Source: Fibrobacteria bacterium (GTDB taxonomy: Bacteria; Fibrobacterota; Fibrobacteria; UBA11236). From it: a DNA stretch of 37,239 nt. Location of the stretch: positions 1 to 37,239 of the forward strand of contig JAYSRH010000172.1 of the NCBI GenBank assembly GCA_043721115.1, written 5' to 3'. Positions within the stretch are counted from its first letter, which is position 1. The number at the start of each line of letters is the position of its first letter. Position numbers and translations under genes: made by a program. This document shows positions 18,541-28,512 of the stretch, piece by piece. Under the pieces are notes generated by a model that worked only from the letters and a program-made list of their open reading frames with translations, made no database searches and was not told where the DNA came from.

Positions 18541-20289
18541 ATGTCGGAAAGTAAGGATTCAAAAGAGCAGGATAAAAATGAAGCTTCGCTTAAGCGTATA
18601 GCCGAGCTAGAAGCCATGGTCGTCCAGTTGCAGCAGTCCATTGCATTGGTGGGCGCGCCCCTTCCGGCCAGAGAAGCCTTGCTCGCGGAAGTGGAAAAAA
18701 CCGTACACCTCGGCAGTTGGTTTTTGAATCTCAAAACCAATGAAGTGCTCTGGTCAGAGGAGTTGTTTCGGATTCTCGGTATGGATCCCGCTACGGAAAC
18801 AGCTTCCGTTGACCGGTTCTTTCAAGCCCTGCACCTGGATGATTCCCAATACGCGATCAGAAATATGGAAATCCTGGTCCAAACACATAGGCTTGTGCCC
18901 AGCGAGCTTAGAGTTGTCTGGAAAGACGGCACGGTGCGTGAAGTTGTCACCAGTGGAGCTGTAATACTTGGTGCTGATGGCGAAGTTGAGCGCGTGGTGG
19001 GTACGGTAATGGATCTGACCGAATCCCGCAGGGCGGATCGCGAAAGAAAACAAATGGAAAGCCAGCTCCGCCAATCCCAAAAGATGGAAGTGGTAGGACG
19101 CATGGCGGCCGGCGTCGCGCATGACTTCAATAATCTTTTGACCATCATATCCGGAAACGCCGATCTCATGATGGAGGAAGTTAAGGACGAGCGGCTTCGT
19201 CGCATCATGGATGCTGCCGAGGTAGGCGCCACAGTAACACGGCAACTATTGGCTTTTAGCCGCCAGGCGGTGGTCAAACTTATTCCTTTGGACCTTAAAG
19301 CCTCGGTGCGTGATTTGGTTCGATTGTTAGGTCGGCTGCTTGGAGAAGACATCCAAATCCGTTTGGACTTGGGTACGGAGCCTGCCGTAATACTTGCGGA
19401 TCCGGCCCAGATCCAACAAATATTGCTCAACCTGGCCATCAATGCCCGCGATGCCATGCCCACGGGGGGCGAGCTTTTCTTTTCCGCGGACGAATCCTTT
19501 GGCCCCCCTTCCACGGAAGACTCTTCCGGAGATGGCAGGGGGTCCAGCATGTCCAGGCGTTGGGTGGAATTGTCCGTTAAGGATACGGGAAAAGGTATGG
19601 ACGCCAATACCCGTGAACGGGCCTTTGAACCGTTCTTCACCACCAAGGAAATTGGTAAGGGCACGGGTTTGGGTCTGTCGACAGTGCAGGATATCGTCTC
19701 CCAGTTTTCGGGAACCATCCATATTGCTTCGCAGACGGGTTTTGGAACCAAGGTAACCGTGAGGTTTCCCTATCATACTGAACCTATGGCCAAATCCGTG
19801 GTCGTCAATGAGGAGGCTGCGCAGAAGGGTTCCGAGACGATTCTGCTCGTGGAGGACAACGCGGATCTCCGCGAGCTCATCGCCACTTTTTTAGCGTCCG
19901 CTGGTTATCGAGTGCTGTCTGTGGGCCGTCCAAGCGAAGCAGAAGCACTCTGGAATACCGAAGGTGAAACGATTAACCTGCTGGTATCGGATATGGTCAT
20001 GCCGGAAAAATCCGGAATGGAATTGGCCAAAAGTTTGGCTGGTCGGAAACCAGGGCTCCGAATACTGCTTATTTCCGGGAATGCACCGAGCCAGAACCAG
20101 TTGGGAGACGCCGCGTTCCTCCAAAAACCATTTACCCGTAACGAGCTGCTCATTGTCGTTCGCAAAGCTTGCGATGGCATGCCCACTCGCTTCGGGCCAC
20201 CCAAGGGAATCGAGGCGCGAAGCAAGCCAAGACCCAAATTGTCGCCCTTTCTGTTTGGACCTTCTTCAGATTCCCCTCAAGTTCAGTAA
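18541..20289 (+). CDS. PAS-domain hybrid sensor histidine kinase / response regulator
   Basis: N-terminal coiled coil and a PAS segment (WSEELFRILGMDP...). H-box AAGVAHDFNNLLTIISG, N-box LLNLAINARDAM, G-boxes KDTGKGM and GTGLGLS. Receiver domain ILLVEDNADLRE...LVSDMVMPEKSG...ISG...LQKPF. Confidence 0.9.
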   Translation: MSESKDSKEQDKNEASLKRIAELEAMVVQLQQSIALVGAPLPAREALLAEVEKTVHLGSWFLNLKTNEVLWSEELFRILGMDPATETASVDRFFQALHLDDSQYAIRNMEILVQTHRLVPSELRVVWKDGTVREVVTSGAVILGADGEVERVVGTVMDLTESRRADRERKQMESQLRQSQKMEVVGRMAAGVAHDFNNLLTIISGNADLMMEEVKDERLRRIMDAAEVGATVTRQLLAFSRQAVVKLIPLDLKASVRDLVRLLGRLLGEDIQIRLDLGTEPAVILADPAQIQQILLNLAINARDAMPTGGELFFSADESFGPPSTEDSSGDGRGSSMSRRWVELSVKDTGKGMDANTRERAFEPFFTTKEIGKGTGLGLSTVQDIVSQFSGTIHIASQTGFGTKVTVRFPYHTEPMAKSVVVNEEAAQKGSETILLVEDNADLRELIATFLASAGYRVLSVGRPSEAEALWNTEGETINLLVSDMVMPEKSGMELAKSLAGRKPGLRILLISGNAPSQNQLGDAAFLQKPFTRNELLIVVRKACDGMPTRFGPPKGIEARSKPRPKLSPFLFGPSSDSPQVQ

Positions 20290-20370
20290 CGCATACGTTT
20301 TCTTGCCGGTAACTTTCCATTTTCCTAGGTTTAAAATTGAAAAAAGACCAAAAATCACCTCAGTTCCGGT

Positions 20371-20772
20371 TTGGCCTCCAGTTCCTTTCCGGTCGAAGTG
20401 GAGCCTGCTTTGTTGAGTGAGTACGTGTCCTTTATCCTCTATGGATGCTTAGTCGTTTTTGTAGGCGTGGCAGCGATAACCTTGTCTTCCTTGCTCGGAC
20501 CCCGAAAGGTTTACAGCAAGGCCAAGTTCGAACCCTATGAATGCGGTGTTGACCAAGTCGACAATCCCCACAAACCCTTTGCGCTGAAATTCTATTCCTT
20601 CGCCCTCCTATTCATTCTTTTCGATATTGAAACCATTTTCCTTTTGCCCTGGGCCATGGGATTCAAGCATTTGCTGCATACCGGGGCCTTACCGGCGGTG
20701 CTGTTCTTCCTGGCCATTTTGGGGCTGGGCCTTTTCTACATCATCAGGACAAAGGCTCTGGAATGGGAATAA
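20371..20772 (+). CDS. nuoA: NADH-quinone oxidoreductase subunit A
   Basis: Three TM helices and the YECG motif (FEPYECGV). First gene of the nuo block. Start is uncertain (TTG 20371 or GTG 20398). Confidence 0.85.
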   Translation: MASSSFPVEVEPALLSEYVSFILYGCLVVFVGVAAITLSSLLGPRKVYSKAKFEPYECGVDQVDNPHKPFALKFYSFALLFILFDIETIFLLPWAMGFKHLLHTGALPAVLFFLAILGLGLFYIIRTKALEWE

Positions 20773-21353
20773 GCGGTTCGAACAACGATTATACGACCAC
20801 GACCTTGGACGCCGCCGTGAACTGGGCGCGCGCCAATAGTCTGTGGCCCATGCCCTTTGGGGTTGCGTGCTGCGCTATCGAGATGATGGCCGCTTTCATG
20901 GCGAAATACGATACAGCCCGATTTGGATCCGAGGTCATGAAATTCAGTCCCCGCCAATCGGACTTGCTCATTGTATCCGGACGCATCTCCATAAAAATGA
21001 TGCCGGTATTGCAGCGCATCTGGGAGCAGATGCCTGAGCCCAAATGGTGCATTTCGATGGGCGCCTGCGCCAGTTCCGGCGGAGTATTCGATACCTATAC
21101 TTTGATCCAAGGCATCGATCAATTTATTCCCGTGGATGCGTACATTCCCGGCTGCCCACCGCGCCCGGAAGGCTTTCTAGATGCGCTCATGTTGGTGCAA
21201 GAGAAAGCCAAACGCGGACAAGCCAAATCGCAGGAGTTCGTTTCCGCCGATGCCAGTTCCGACCCCTCCGGTTCCGTAGCGTATCGAAGCCCGGACAAGA
21301 ACTACCGCCATGGCGTAGACCATAGCAAGCCGGAATCCGGAAAACAGGCATGA
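20763..21353 (+). CDS. nuoB: NADH-quinone oxidoreductase subunit B
   Basis: [31 protein letters not shown] and PGCPPRPE (N2 cluster ligands). Overlaps the nuoA stop by 10 nt. Confidence 0.95.
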   Translation: MGISGSNNDYTTTTLDAAVNWARANSLWPMPFGVACCAIEMMAAFMAKYDTARFGSEVMKFSPRQSDLLIVSGRISIKMMPVLQRIWEQMPEPKWCISMGACASSGGVFDTYTLIQGIDQFIPVDAYIPGCPPRPEGFLDALMLVQEKAKRGQAKSQEFVSADASSDPSGSVAYRSPDKNYRHGVDHSKPESGKQA

Positions 21354-21898
21354 TCGTTTATAAGCCGGAAAATCATCTACAGGTTATCGCCAAGGTGGAA
21401 GCCTTTGCCGGGGAGCGCTTGCTCGGCCGCGAAGAAAAATCGCATTACCACCAGCTTCGCGTACTGGGTGCACACGCTCACGATATGCTGCGCTTTTTGA
21501 AAGAAGATGCCGCCCTCGGCTTCACGCTGTTCATCGACTTAGCCGGTGTGGACTACCTCCGGTATCCAGTTGCCCAACCAGAACGGTTCGCGGTGGTTTA
21601 TACGCTGTGTTCACCCATTTTGGGCGTCAAGGTACAGGTCAAAGCTTTTGTTTCCGATTCCGAACCGCGTATCGCGTCAGTTACTGATCTTTTTGCTGGC
21701 GCCAACTGGACGGAACGGGAAGTGTGGGATCTCTATGGAATCGAATTCCCCGGGCACCCGGATCTCAAACGGATTCTAATGCCCGATGATTACGACGGCC
21801 ATCCCTTGCGCAAGGACTACCCTTTACGCGGCCGCGGGGAACGTGGCAACTTCCCCGTGTACCATGCGACGGAAACCAAGCCCAAGGGAGACGCTTAA
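21350..21898 (+). CDS. nuoC: NADH-quinone oxidoreductase subunit C
   Basis: ATGA overlap with nuo[43 protein letters not shown]. Confidence 0.9.
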   Translation: MIVYKPENHLQVIAKVEAFAGERLLGREEKSHYHQLRVLGAHAHDMLRFLKEDAALGFTLFIDLAGVDYLRYPVAQPERFAVVYTLCSPILGVKVQVKAFVSDSEPRIASVTDLFAGANWTEREVWDLYGIEFPGHPDLKRILMPDDYDGHPLRKDYPLRGRGERGNFPVYHATETKPKGDA

Positions 21899-21899
21899 G

Positions 21900-23111
21900 A
21901 TGTACGCCTATGATCAGGAAATCGTAGAGCGCGAAGAGAACACCGTGCACATGAATGTCGGACCATCGCATCCTGCCATGCATGGAACGCTTCGCATCAA
22001 GCTGGAAGTCAAAGGCGAGCGGATTGTAAATGCGGAGCAGGAAATTGGATTTCTGCATACCGGTTTTGAAAAGCTGGGGGAATACCGGAGCTACAACCAG
22101 TTCATCACTTTGACCGACAGGCTGAATTATTTTTCTCCCCTGTCCAACAATATCGGATTCGCGTTGGCCTCGGAAGAGCTGCTGGGCATTCAAACTCCTA
22201 GGCGCTGTCAGGTCATCCGCACCTTGTTGGCGGAGCTCTCGCGGCTCGCTGACCACAGTCTTTCCGTCGGGGCCATGACCATGGACCTTGGTGCTTTTAG
22301 TTCCATCTTGTGGACCTTCATTGAACGCGAAAAACTCTACGATGTTTTCGAAGCCGTGACCGGTACCCGGCTCACCACCAGCTACACGCGCGTCGGCGGC
22401 CTGGCATTTGACCTGCCGGCAGACTTTGAAAAGCGCGTACTCGCCATCCTGGATACGATGAGCGAAACGCTGGATAAGCTTCGCGATAGTTTTTACAAGA
22501 ACCGCATCTTTCTAGACCGCGTGGAAGGCATCGGCATCATCACCAAAGAGGAAGCACTATCCTACGGTCTGACCGGACCCATGGCACGCGCCTCCGGCGT
22601 TCCCTACGATTTGCGGAAGTTTCGTCCTTACCTCGTTTATAACGAGCTGAAATTTGAAACTCCGGTTTATACCGAAGGCGACACTTTGGCCCGCTATAAG
22701 ATTCGCATCGATGAAATGGTCCAGAGCATTGCCATTATTCGACAAGCGCTCAAGCTGCTTGAGCCCGGTCCCATCAATTACGAGGATCAGAAACGAACCT
22801 TGCCGGATAAAACGTCTACCTATACGGATATGGAATCGCTCATCCATCACTTTAAACTGGTGATGCCCGGTGCCGATCACGGCATTCATTGCCCCGTTAC
22901 CGATATTTATTCGGCCACGGAAGTTCCGAATGGGGAATTGGGTTTCCACTTGGTTTCCGACGGCACGTCAACTCCATACCGGGTGCGCATCCGGCCGCCT
23001 TCCTTCATCAACTACCCCATTTTCAGCAAACTGCTCAAAGGCGTGATGATGGCGGACATGGTCGCCATGCTCGCATCCTTCAACATCATTGCCGGGGAGC
23101 TGGACAGGTGA
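21900..23111 (+). CDS. nuoD: NADH-quinone oxidoreductase subunit D
   Basis: ATG 21900 lies directly after the nuoC stop. NVGPSHPAMHGTLR, FLHTGFEKL and a C-terminal FNIIAGELDR. Confidence 0.95.
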   Translation: MYAYDQEIVEREENTVHMNVGPSHPAMHGTLRIKLEVKGERIVNAEQEIGFLHTGFEKLGEYRSYNQFITLTDRLNYFSPLSNNIGFALASEELLGIQTPRRCQVIRTLLAELSRLADHSLSVGAMTMDLGAFSSILWTFIEREKLYDVFEAVTGTRLTTSYTRVGGLAFDLPADFEKRVLAILDTMSETLDKLRDSFYKNRIFLDRVEGIGIITKEEALSYGLTGPMARASGVPYDLRKFRPYLVYNELKFETPVYTEGDTLARYKIRIDEMVQSIAIIRQALKLLEPGPINYEDQKRTLPDKTSTYTDMESLIHHFKLVMPGADHGIHCPVTDIYSATEVPNGELGFHLVSDGTSTPYRVRIRPPSFINYPIFSKLLKGVMMADMVAMLASFNIIAGELDR

Positions 23112-23869
23112 GTCAAAATATTGGGAGCACAAAGATTCTGAAAGAATTGTCGTCCGACAGGATGCGGCAGTTTCACGACTATGCCGAGGAGTATCCCAAT
23201 AAACGTTCGGCGCTGATGATGGTACTGCGTCTGGCCGAAGAGGAATTTGGTTCGATTACCGATGAAGCTATGGAAATCGTCGCCGGGCTATGCAATGTCA
23301 ACGTCTCGCATGTGCAGGGCATGGTCACCTTCTACACCCATTTCAAACGGCCCTTCCACGGCAAACATCGCTTTATGGTTTGCGCCACGCTGATGTGCGC
23401 GCTGGAAAACAACACCAGTCAGGCGCTGAAACAAATCAAGGATCGACTCGGCATCGGGCCCGGACAAATTACGGCCGATGGCCTGTTCTCTTGCGAAAAA
23501 GTGGAGTGCCTGGCCGATTGCGACAAACCACCCGTGGTGCAATGCGATAGCGAGCATTTCTGCGCCATGAAGGGCCCGGCCCTCGATGCCTACATGGACA
23601 AATTGATCCAGGCTGCGGGCAAATCCGTGGACGAGTATCGGACCAAGGCTCCAGTGGATATGGACGCGCGCGTGCCAACCCTTCCTTCCCATTATGATTT
23701 TGTGGGCGAAGCCACCTTGACCACGCATGTGCCTGGCCCCTTGGCCAACCCTTTCTCCGTTCCCGTTGCTGATGGAGTGACCGGTTCCGGAAAACCCTAT
23801 AGCGCAAGCGCAGCAACCGCTAACAGTGCAAACGTTGCGGATAGCAGGAATGGAGCAAAACATGGCTGA
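23108..23869 (+). CDS. nuoE: NADH-quinone oxidoreductase subunit E with a ~90-aa C-terminal extension
   Basis: GTG 23108 forms a GTGA overlap with the nuoD stop. YPNKRSALMMVLRLAEEEFG. 2Fe-2S ligand context MVCATLMCAL ... CLADCDKPP. The tail after about residue 165 is Ala/Ser/Pro-rich and not family-like. Confidence 0.85.
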   Translation: MSQNIGSTKILKELSSDRMRQFHDYAEEYPNKRSALMMVLRLAEEEFGSITDEAMEIVAGLCNVNVSHVQGMVTFYTHFKRPFHGKHRFMVCATLMCALENNTSQALKQIKDRLGIGPGQITADGLFSCEKVECLADCDKPPVVQCDSEHFCAMKGPALDAYMDKLIQAAGKSVDEYRTKAPVDMDARVPTLPSHYDFVGEATLTTHVPGPLANPFSVPVADGVTGSGKPYSASAATANSANVADSRNGAKHG

Positions 23870-25346
23870 TGTGCCCGTACCAGGTGCCGCGCCAGTGGTT
23901 CCTGCGCCTAAACCTGTGGTTCCATTTTCACCAGTCCTGCTTAAACATATTCACGAGCCAGACTCGCATACCCTATCGCATTACCTGGCCCGAGGCGGCT
24001 ATGCCACCGCACGCAGTCACATAGGAGTTACTGTACCCGGCGACTTGATCAAGCTCGTCGACACTTCCGGACTGCGGGGACGAGGCGGTGCCGGTTTTCC
24101 AACCGGTAAGAAGTGGAGCTTTCTAGCTAAGGGGACGGGCAAACCCATCTACCTAGCCGTCAATGGGGATGAAAGCGAGCCGGGCACATTTAAAGACCGG
24201 TATTTACTGGAACGCGATCCGCATCAATTGGTGGAAGGGGTTATTCTAACCTGCTATGCCATTGGGTCCAAGCATGCCTTCATTTATCTGCGTGGCGAAT
24301 TCATCCTTGGCTATGAGCGTTTGCTTGCTGCAGTTCAAGAAGCCAAGGCTAAAGGTTTTGTCGGCAAGGGAATATTCGGCACGGGGGCAGGAACTGTAAC
24401 AACAGGTTCTGGAACCGGTGGTGCGGAGACTCAACCCGCCGTGGACTTGACCATCACCGTGGTGCGTGGGGCCGGGGCCTATATATGTGGCGAAGAAACC
24501 GGCATGCTGTCTTCCATCGAAGGCGGTCGCGGATACCCGAAAATCAAACCGCCTTTTCCGGCCGTGTCCGGATTGTTCGGCTGCCCGACTATCGTCAATA
24601 ATGTTGAGACCATTTGCGCGGTTACCCATATCGTCAAGCACGGTGCGGATTGGCATAAGCAATGGGGCACGGAAAAAAGCGCCGGATTCAAGATCTTTTG
24701 TTTGTCCGGCGCGGTTAAGAAACCGGGTGTGTATGAAGTCCCCCTCGGCATCCCCATGCGGGAGATGATAGACGTTTATGGCGGTGGCCTTAAAGAGGGC
24801 CGTACCCTCAAGGCGGTAATACCCGGAGGCCTTAGCGCACCCGTGCTCACGCCTGAGATGGTAGACAAATGCACGCTGGATTATGAAAGTCTCGCTGCAC
24901 TGGGTTCCATGCTTGGCTCTGGTGGCATCACCGTGTTGGATAATCAGGTGGACATGATATCCGCCATATACAATACGATGCGATTCTACCATCATGAATC
25001 TTGTGGGCAATGCACGCCATGCCGCGAAGGCACCGGTTGGCTGGAGAAAGTGACACATCGACTTCACCATCATGACGGCCGCGAGGGTGATGTGGAGCTA
25101 CTTGCCGACATCGCCAAAAACATGCGTGGACGCACCATTTGCGTGTTGGCGGATGCCGCCGCCATGCCGATGCAAAGCTACTTGCAGCATTTTAAACAAG
25201 ACTTTGTGGCCAAGGCCAAGGCCAACGCCTTCGTGGAAAAACAGCGTACCTATCGCGATGAAATCACTCCCACCGCTAAAAAACTCTCCGCTCAAGGACC
25301 CGGCCCCAGCGCCATGGATGTGGGCTCCGAGCAGGACAAGGGATAA
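23862..25346 (+). CDS. nuoF: NADH-quinone oxidoreductase subunit F
   Basis: GLRGRGGAGFPTGKKW (FMN/NADH site), ESEPGTFKDR and ESCGQCTPCREG (N3 cluster). Start is ATG 23862, or 23850. It contains a Gly/Thr-rich insert, GTGAGTVTTGSGTGGAETQ. Confidence 0.95.
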   Translation: MADVPVPGAAPVVPAPKPVVPFSPVLLKHIHEPDSHTLSHYLARGGYATARSHIGVTVPGDLIKLVDTSGLRGRGGAGFPTGKKWSFLAKGTGKPIYLAVNGDESEPGTFKDRYLLERDPHQLVEGVILTCYAIGSKHAFIYLRGEFILGYERLLAAVQEAKAKGFVGKGIFGTGAGTVTTGSGTGGAETQPAVDLTITVVRGAGAYICGEETGMLSSIEGGRGYPKIKPPFPAVSGLFGCPTIVNNVETICAVTHIVKHGADWHKQWGTEKSAGFKIFCLSGAVKKPGVYEVPLGIPMREMIDVYGGGLKEGRTLKAVIPGGLSAPVLTPEMVDKCTLDYESLAALGSMLGSGGITVLDNQVDMISAIYNTMRFYHHESCGQCTPCREGTGWLEKVTHRLHHHDGREGDVELLADIAKNMRGRTICVLADAAAMPMQSYLQHFKQDFVAKAKANAFVEKQRTYRDEITPTAKKLSAQGPGPSAMDVGSEQDKG

Positions 25347-25347
25347 G

Positions 25348-26826
25348 ATGACCAAGGAAGTGAAGATCAAAATCGACAATAAGGAAGTCACCGTTCCCGC
25401 CAACTGGAATGTGCTCAAGGCCTGCCAGGAAAACGGTGTCGACGTTCCGCATTATTGCTATCACGAAGATCTTTCCGTCGCTGGAAATTGCCGCATGTGC
25501 ATGGTGGGCGTCAAAGGCGCGCCGCGTCCCGTAGTCGCCTGTGCCCAGCCCCTGACGGAAGGCATGGAAGTCACCACCAAGGGTAAGGATGTTGAAGACG
25601 CCCGTAAAGCGGTGATGGAATTCATGCTCATCAACCACCCGCTCGACTGCCCGGAATGCGATCAGTCTGGGGAATGCCGCCTCCAGAATTACAGCTATGC
25701 GCATGGCCGCGATCACGGCCGCTTCTACGAAGAGAAGGTCATCAAGTCCAAGGCCACCATGGGTCCGCATGTCAAGTATTGGGGCTCGCGCTGCATCGTT
25801 TGCACGCGCTGCGTGCGCTTTACCGACGAAGTCAGCGGAACCGGTGAACTCGGTGTCATCTATCGCGGGGATAAAAGTGAAATTGCTCTTTTCCCGGGCC
25901 AGGTTTTGGACAATCCCCTCTCGCTCAATACCGTGGACATCTGTCCGGTAGGCGCGCTCGTGTCTTCGGACTTTCTTTTTCAAAGCCGGGTTTGGAATCT
26001 GCACTCGCGTCCTTCCGTTTGCTCAGATTGTTCCGTAGGCTGCAATACCCGCGTGGATATGGATGCCAAGGACAGCATCAAGCGCATCGTCCCCAGGCGC
26101 AATAATGCCGTGAACAAAGAATGGATGTGCGATTCGGGTCGGCTCAGTTTTCCTTACGTGAACGAAAACCGCTTGATGAAGCCGATGGTGGATGGCAAGG
26201 ATGCGTCCTGGAAAGATGCGCGTAAGGCTACCGCCGAATTGTTAAACATGCCGGGAATTGTCATTCTGGTCAGCGCTTGGAATACCAACGAAACCTTTGC
26301 GGCGCTTAAGGCTGCGGTAATGGACTCATTCCCCAAAGCTCGATTGCATGGCTATGCGAATCCGGGTAGTGCCGATCAAGTATTCCCGGGCTTTACCATC
26401 AGTGGCGATAAAAATCCAAATCGGGCTGGCATGCAGGACATACTGGGTATCGATGCAGATGCTTCTCTACAGGATTTGGCCGCCGACAAGGCCTCCATTG
26501 GCACCTTGCTGCTTGTGCACAATATTCCCGGATATTCCCTGACTAAGGAACTCAAGTCGATTCTTGATAGAACCGAGCGGGTGGTCTTGATGGATTTCGC
26601 GCACACGGAACTTCTCAGATACGGTAACGTAGCCGTTGCCTTACCCACGCTCACCACATTTGAGAAAAGCGGAACCTTTGCGAATCGAACCGGCATCCCT
26701 CAAAAGTTTGACCCGGTGATGGAGCCCAAATCGTTTGGCCGTTCGGAAGCGGAAATGCTTTTGGAAATCGTGCGCGAAGCGAAGTCTCCGGCCCAAGGCG
26801 TGGCTGGCGCTAAGGTGAAAGCATAA
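25348..26826 (+). CDS. nuoG: NADH-quinone oxidoreductase subunit G (short form, 492 aa)
   Basis: ATG 25348 lies 1 nt after the nuoF stop. HYCYHEDLSVAGNCRMCMV (2Fe-2S), HPLDCPECDQSGECRLQ, CIVCTRCVRF and CPVGAL. The molybdopterin-like C-terminal region is short. Confidence 0.9.
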   Translation: MTKEVKIKIDNKEVTVPANWNVLKACQENGVDVPHYCYHEDLSVAGNCRMCMVGVKGAPRPVVACAQPLTEGMEVTTKGKDVEDARKAVMEFMLINHPLDCPECDQSGECRLQNYSYAHGRDHGRFYEEKVIKSKATMGPHVKYWGSRCIVCTRCVRFTDEVSGTGELGVIYRGDKSEIALFPGQVLDNPLSLNTVDICPVGALVSSDFLFQSRVWNLHSRPSVCSDCSVGCNTRVDMDAKDSIKRIVPRRNNAVNKEWMCDSGRLSFPYVNENRLMKPMVDGKDASWKDARKATAELLNMPGIVILVSAWNTNETFAALKAAVMDSFPKARLHGYANPGSADQVFPGFTISGDKNPNRAGMQDILGIDADASLQDLAADKASIGTLLLVHNIPGYSLTKELKSILDRTERVVLMDFAHTELLRYGNVAVALPTLTTFEKSGTFANRTGIPQKFDPVMEPKSFGRSEAEMLLEIVREAKSPAQGVAGAKVKA

Positions 26827-26827
26827 T

Positions 26828-27952
26828 ATGGATTTGATACTCGCCATTCTCACGAATTTCTGGGTCATCCTGGCTATTAAAATGGGCATTGGACTGGGAT
26901 TGTCCATGGGCATGGTTCCGGTGATGGTGTATCTGGAACGGAAGATCAGCGCGCGTTTTCAGCTTCGCGTCGGCCCCAATCGCGTGGGGCCATTCGGCAT
27001 TTTTCAGCTTATCGCCGATTCCATCAAAATTATGTGGAAGGAGGATTTCTTTCCTCGCAATACCGACAAACTTATTTTTCTGGCCGCCCCGATTCTGGCT
27101 TTCATACCCGGCATGCTTTCCTTTGCCTTGATACCGGTGGGAATCGGGACAGGAAATGAATATCTGGGCCCAGGCGGAGTGATGGCGATATCGTATATCA
27201 GCATGGGGCTTTTGGTTATCATGGCCGTGTCTTCCATTTCCGCCTACGGAATTGCATTGGCGGGTTGGGCTTCCAATAACCAGTTTGCCCTCCTCGGCGG
27301 CATCCGCTCCTCCGCGCAGCTCATCAGTTATGAAATCGTCATGGCCATGGCCGTGGTCACTTTGGTGATGATGACCGGTACTTTGAATTTGGCTGAAATC
27401 GTCCAGCAGCAGGCCGTACCCCTGTTTCACTTTTCCTTTCTGCCGGATTGGGTCAATGCGCTGTTTCCCTCCTGGAATATTTTCCGCCAACCCCTAACCT
27501 TCCTGTTATTCCTCATCGCCGCTTTTGCCGAAACCAACCGCGCGCCTTTCGATTTGCCGGAGGCGGAACAAGAACTGGTGGGCGGGTACCATACCGAGTA
27601 CACGGGCATGCGCTATGCTTGGTTTATGAACGCGGAATATGCGGCCTTGTTTACCATGTGCGCCATTCTGACCACCCTGTTTTTAGGCGGCTGGACCTTT
27701 CCCGGCTTCGCGTGGCTAGCCGCCCATCTGCCCTGGTACTTGACGGCACTGTTAAGTTTCGGAACCTTTATGGGAAAAATCTTTTTCCTGATTTTCTTTT
27801 TCATGTGGGTGCGCTGGACGCTGCCCCGCTTCCGCTGGGATCAATTGATGAAGTTGGGCTGGAACACTTTGATTCCGCTGGGACTGGTCAATATCATCGG
27901 TACCGCCTTGTTCTTGGAATACGTGGCGTCCAGATTTGGATTCGGAGCTTAA
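26828..27952 (+). CDS. nuoH: NADH-quinone oxidoreductase subunit H
   Basis: Polytopic membrane protein. ERKISARFQLRVGPNRVGPFG, AETNRAPFDLPEAEQELVGGYHTEY and WVRWTLPRFRWDQLM. Confidence 0.95.
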   Translation: MDLILAILTNFWVILAIKMGIGLGLSMGMVPVMVYLERKISARFQLRVGPNRVGPFGIFQLIADSIKIMWKEDFFPRNTDKLIFLAAPILAFIPGMLSFALIPVGIGTGNEYLGPGGVMAISYISMGLLVIMAVSSISAYGIALAGWASNNQFALLGGIRSSAQLISYEIVMAMAVVTLVMMTGTLNLAEIVQQQAVPLFHFSFLPDWVNALFPSWNIFRQPLTFLLFLIAAFAETNRAPFDLPEAEQELVGGYHTEYTGMRYAWFMNAEYAALFTMCAILTTLFLGGWTFPGFAWLAAHLPWYLTALLSFGTFMGKIFFLIFFFMWVRWTLPRFRWDQLMKLGWNTLIPLGLVNIIGTALFLEYVASRFGFGA

Positions 27953-27953
27953 T

Positions 27954-28484
27954 ATGACCAGTGCAAATCCAGCAACCCCGGCCAAGACCGAAGTCGATCA
28001 ACCGGAAAATCAGCCCGGAAATCAGCCCGGAAAATCCAAAACCTACGATCGCCTATCCTGGTATACGCGCTTTTATATTCCCGCCATCGCCAAGGGCATG
28101 ACCATCTCCTTAGGTCAGTTTTTCAAAAAGCCCGTGACCATCAACTATCCGGAGCACAAGCCGAAAATCAGCGAACGCTTTCGCGGCGAGCATCGGCTCA
28201 CCAAGGACGCGGATGGCAATATGAAATGCGTAGCCTGTTACATGTGCGCTACGGCCTGTCCCGCACTGTGCATCACCATCGAAGCCCAGGCTGCACCTCC
28301 GGAATGGGAAAACCGCGACAAGATTCCCAAGGTATTCGAGATCGATATGCTCAAGTGTATTTATTGCGGATACTGTGTTGAAGCCTGCCCCAAAGAAGCC
28401 ATTGAAATGACGAATAAAGTGCCTCAGGTGTATGACAACCGCCAGGCCTTTATCTACGGGCTCGACAAGCTTCTCAACAATTGA
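27954..28484 (+). CDS. nuoI: NADH-quinone oxidoreductase subunit I
   Basis: Two 4Fe-4S ferredoxin motifs, CVACYMCATACP and CIYCGYCVEACP. ATG 27954 lies just after the nuoH stop. The N-terminal extension carries the QPENQPGNQPGK repeat. Confidence 0.9.
   Translation: MTSANPATPAKTEVDQPENQPGNQPGKSKTYDRLSWYTRFYIPAIAKGMTISLGQFFKKPVTINYPEHKPKISERFRGEHRLTKDADGNMKCVACYMCATACPALCITIEAQAAPPEWENRDKIPKVFEIDMLKCIYCGYCVEACPKEAIEMTNKVPQVYDNRQAFIYGLDKLLNN
28002..28034 (+). repeat. imperfect 12-nt tandem repeat (about 2.7 units) inside the nuoI 5' end
   Basis: ccggaaaat / cagcccggaaat / cagcccggaaaa, encoding PENQPGNQPGK. In-frame, so coding is preserved. Confidence 0.6.
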
Positions 28485-28512
28485 TCGTTCCTGCCTGACC
28501 GGAAGGATTCCT

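Noticed and set aside
20520-20535. GTTCGAACC-like T-loop strings (here and near 12463) checked as possible tRNA genes
   Set aside because: Both lie inside protein-coding frames. No acceptor-stem or anticodon-arm complementarity could be drawn around them.
28002-28034. Short tandem repeat considered as a possible CRISPR or VNTR signal
   Set aside because: It has only ~2.7 units of 12 nt with no spacers, and it lies in-frame inside nuoI. It is not a CRISPR array, and no repeat-spacer architecture was seen anywhere in the window.
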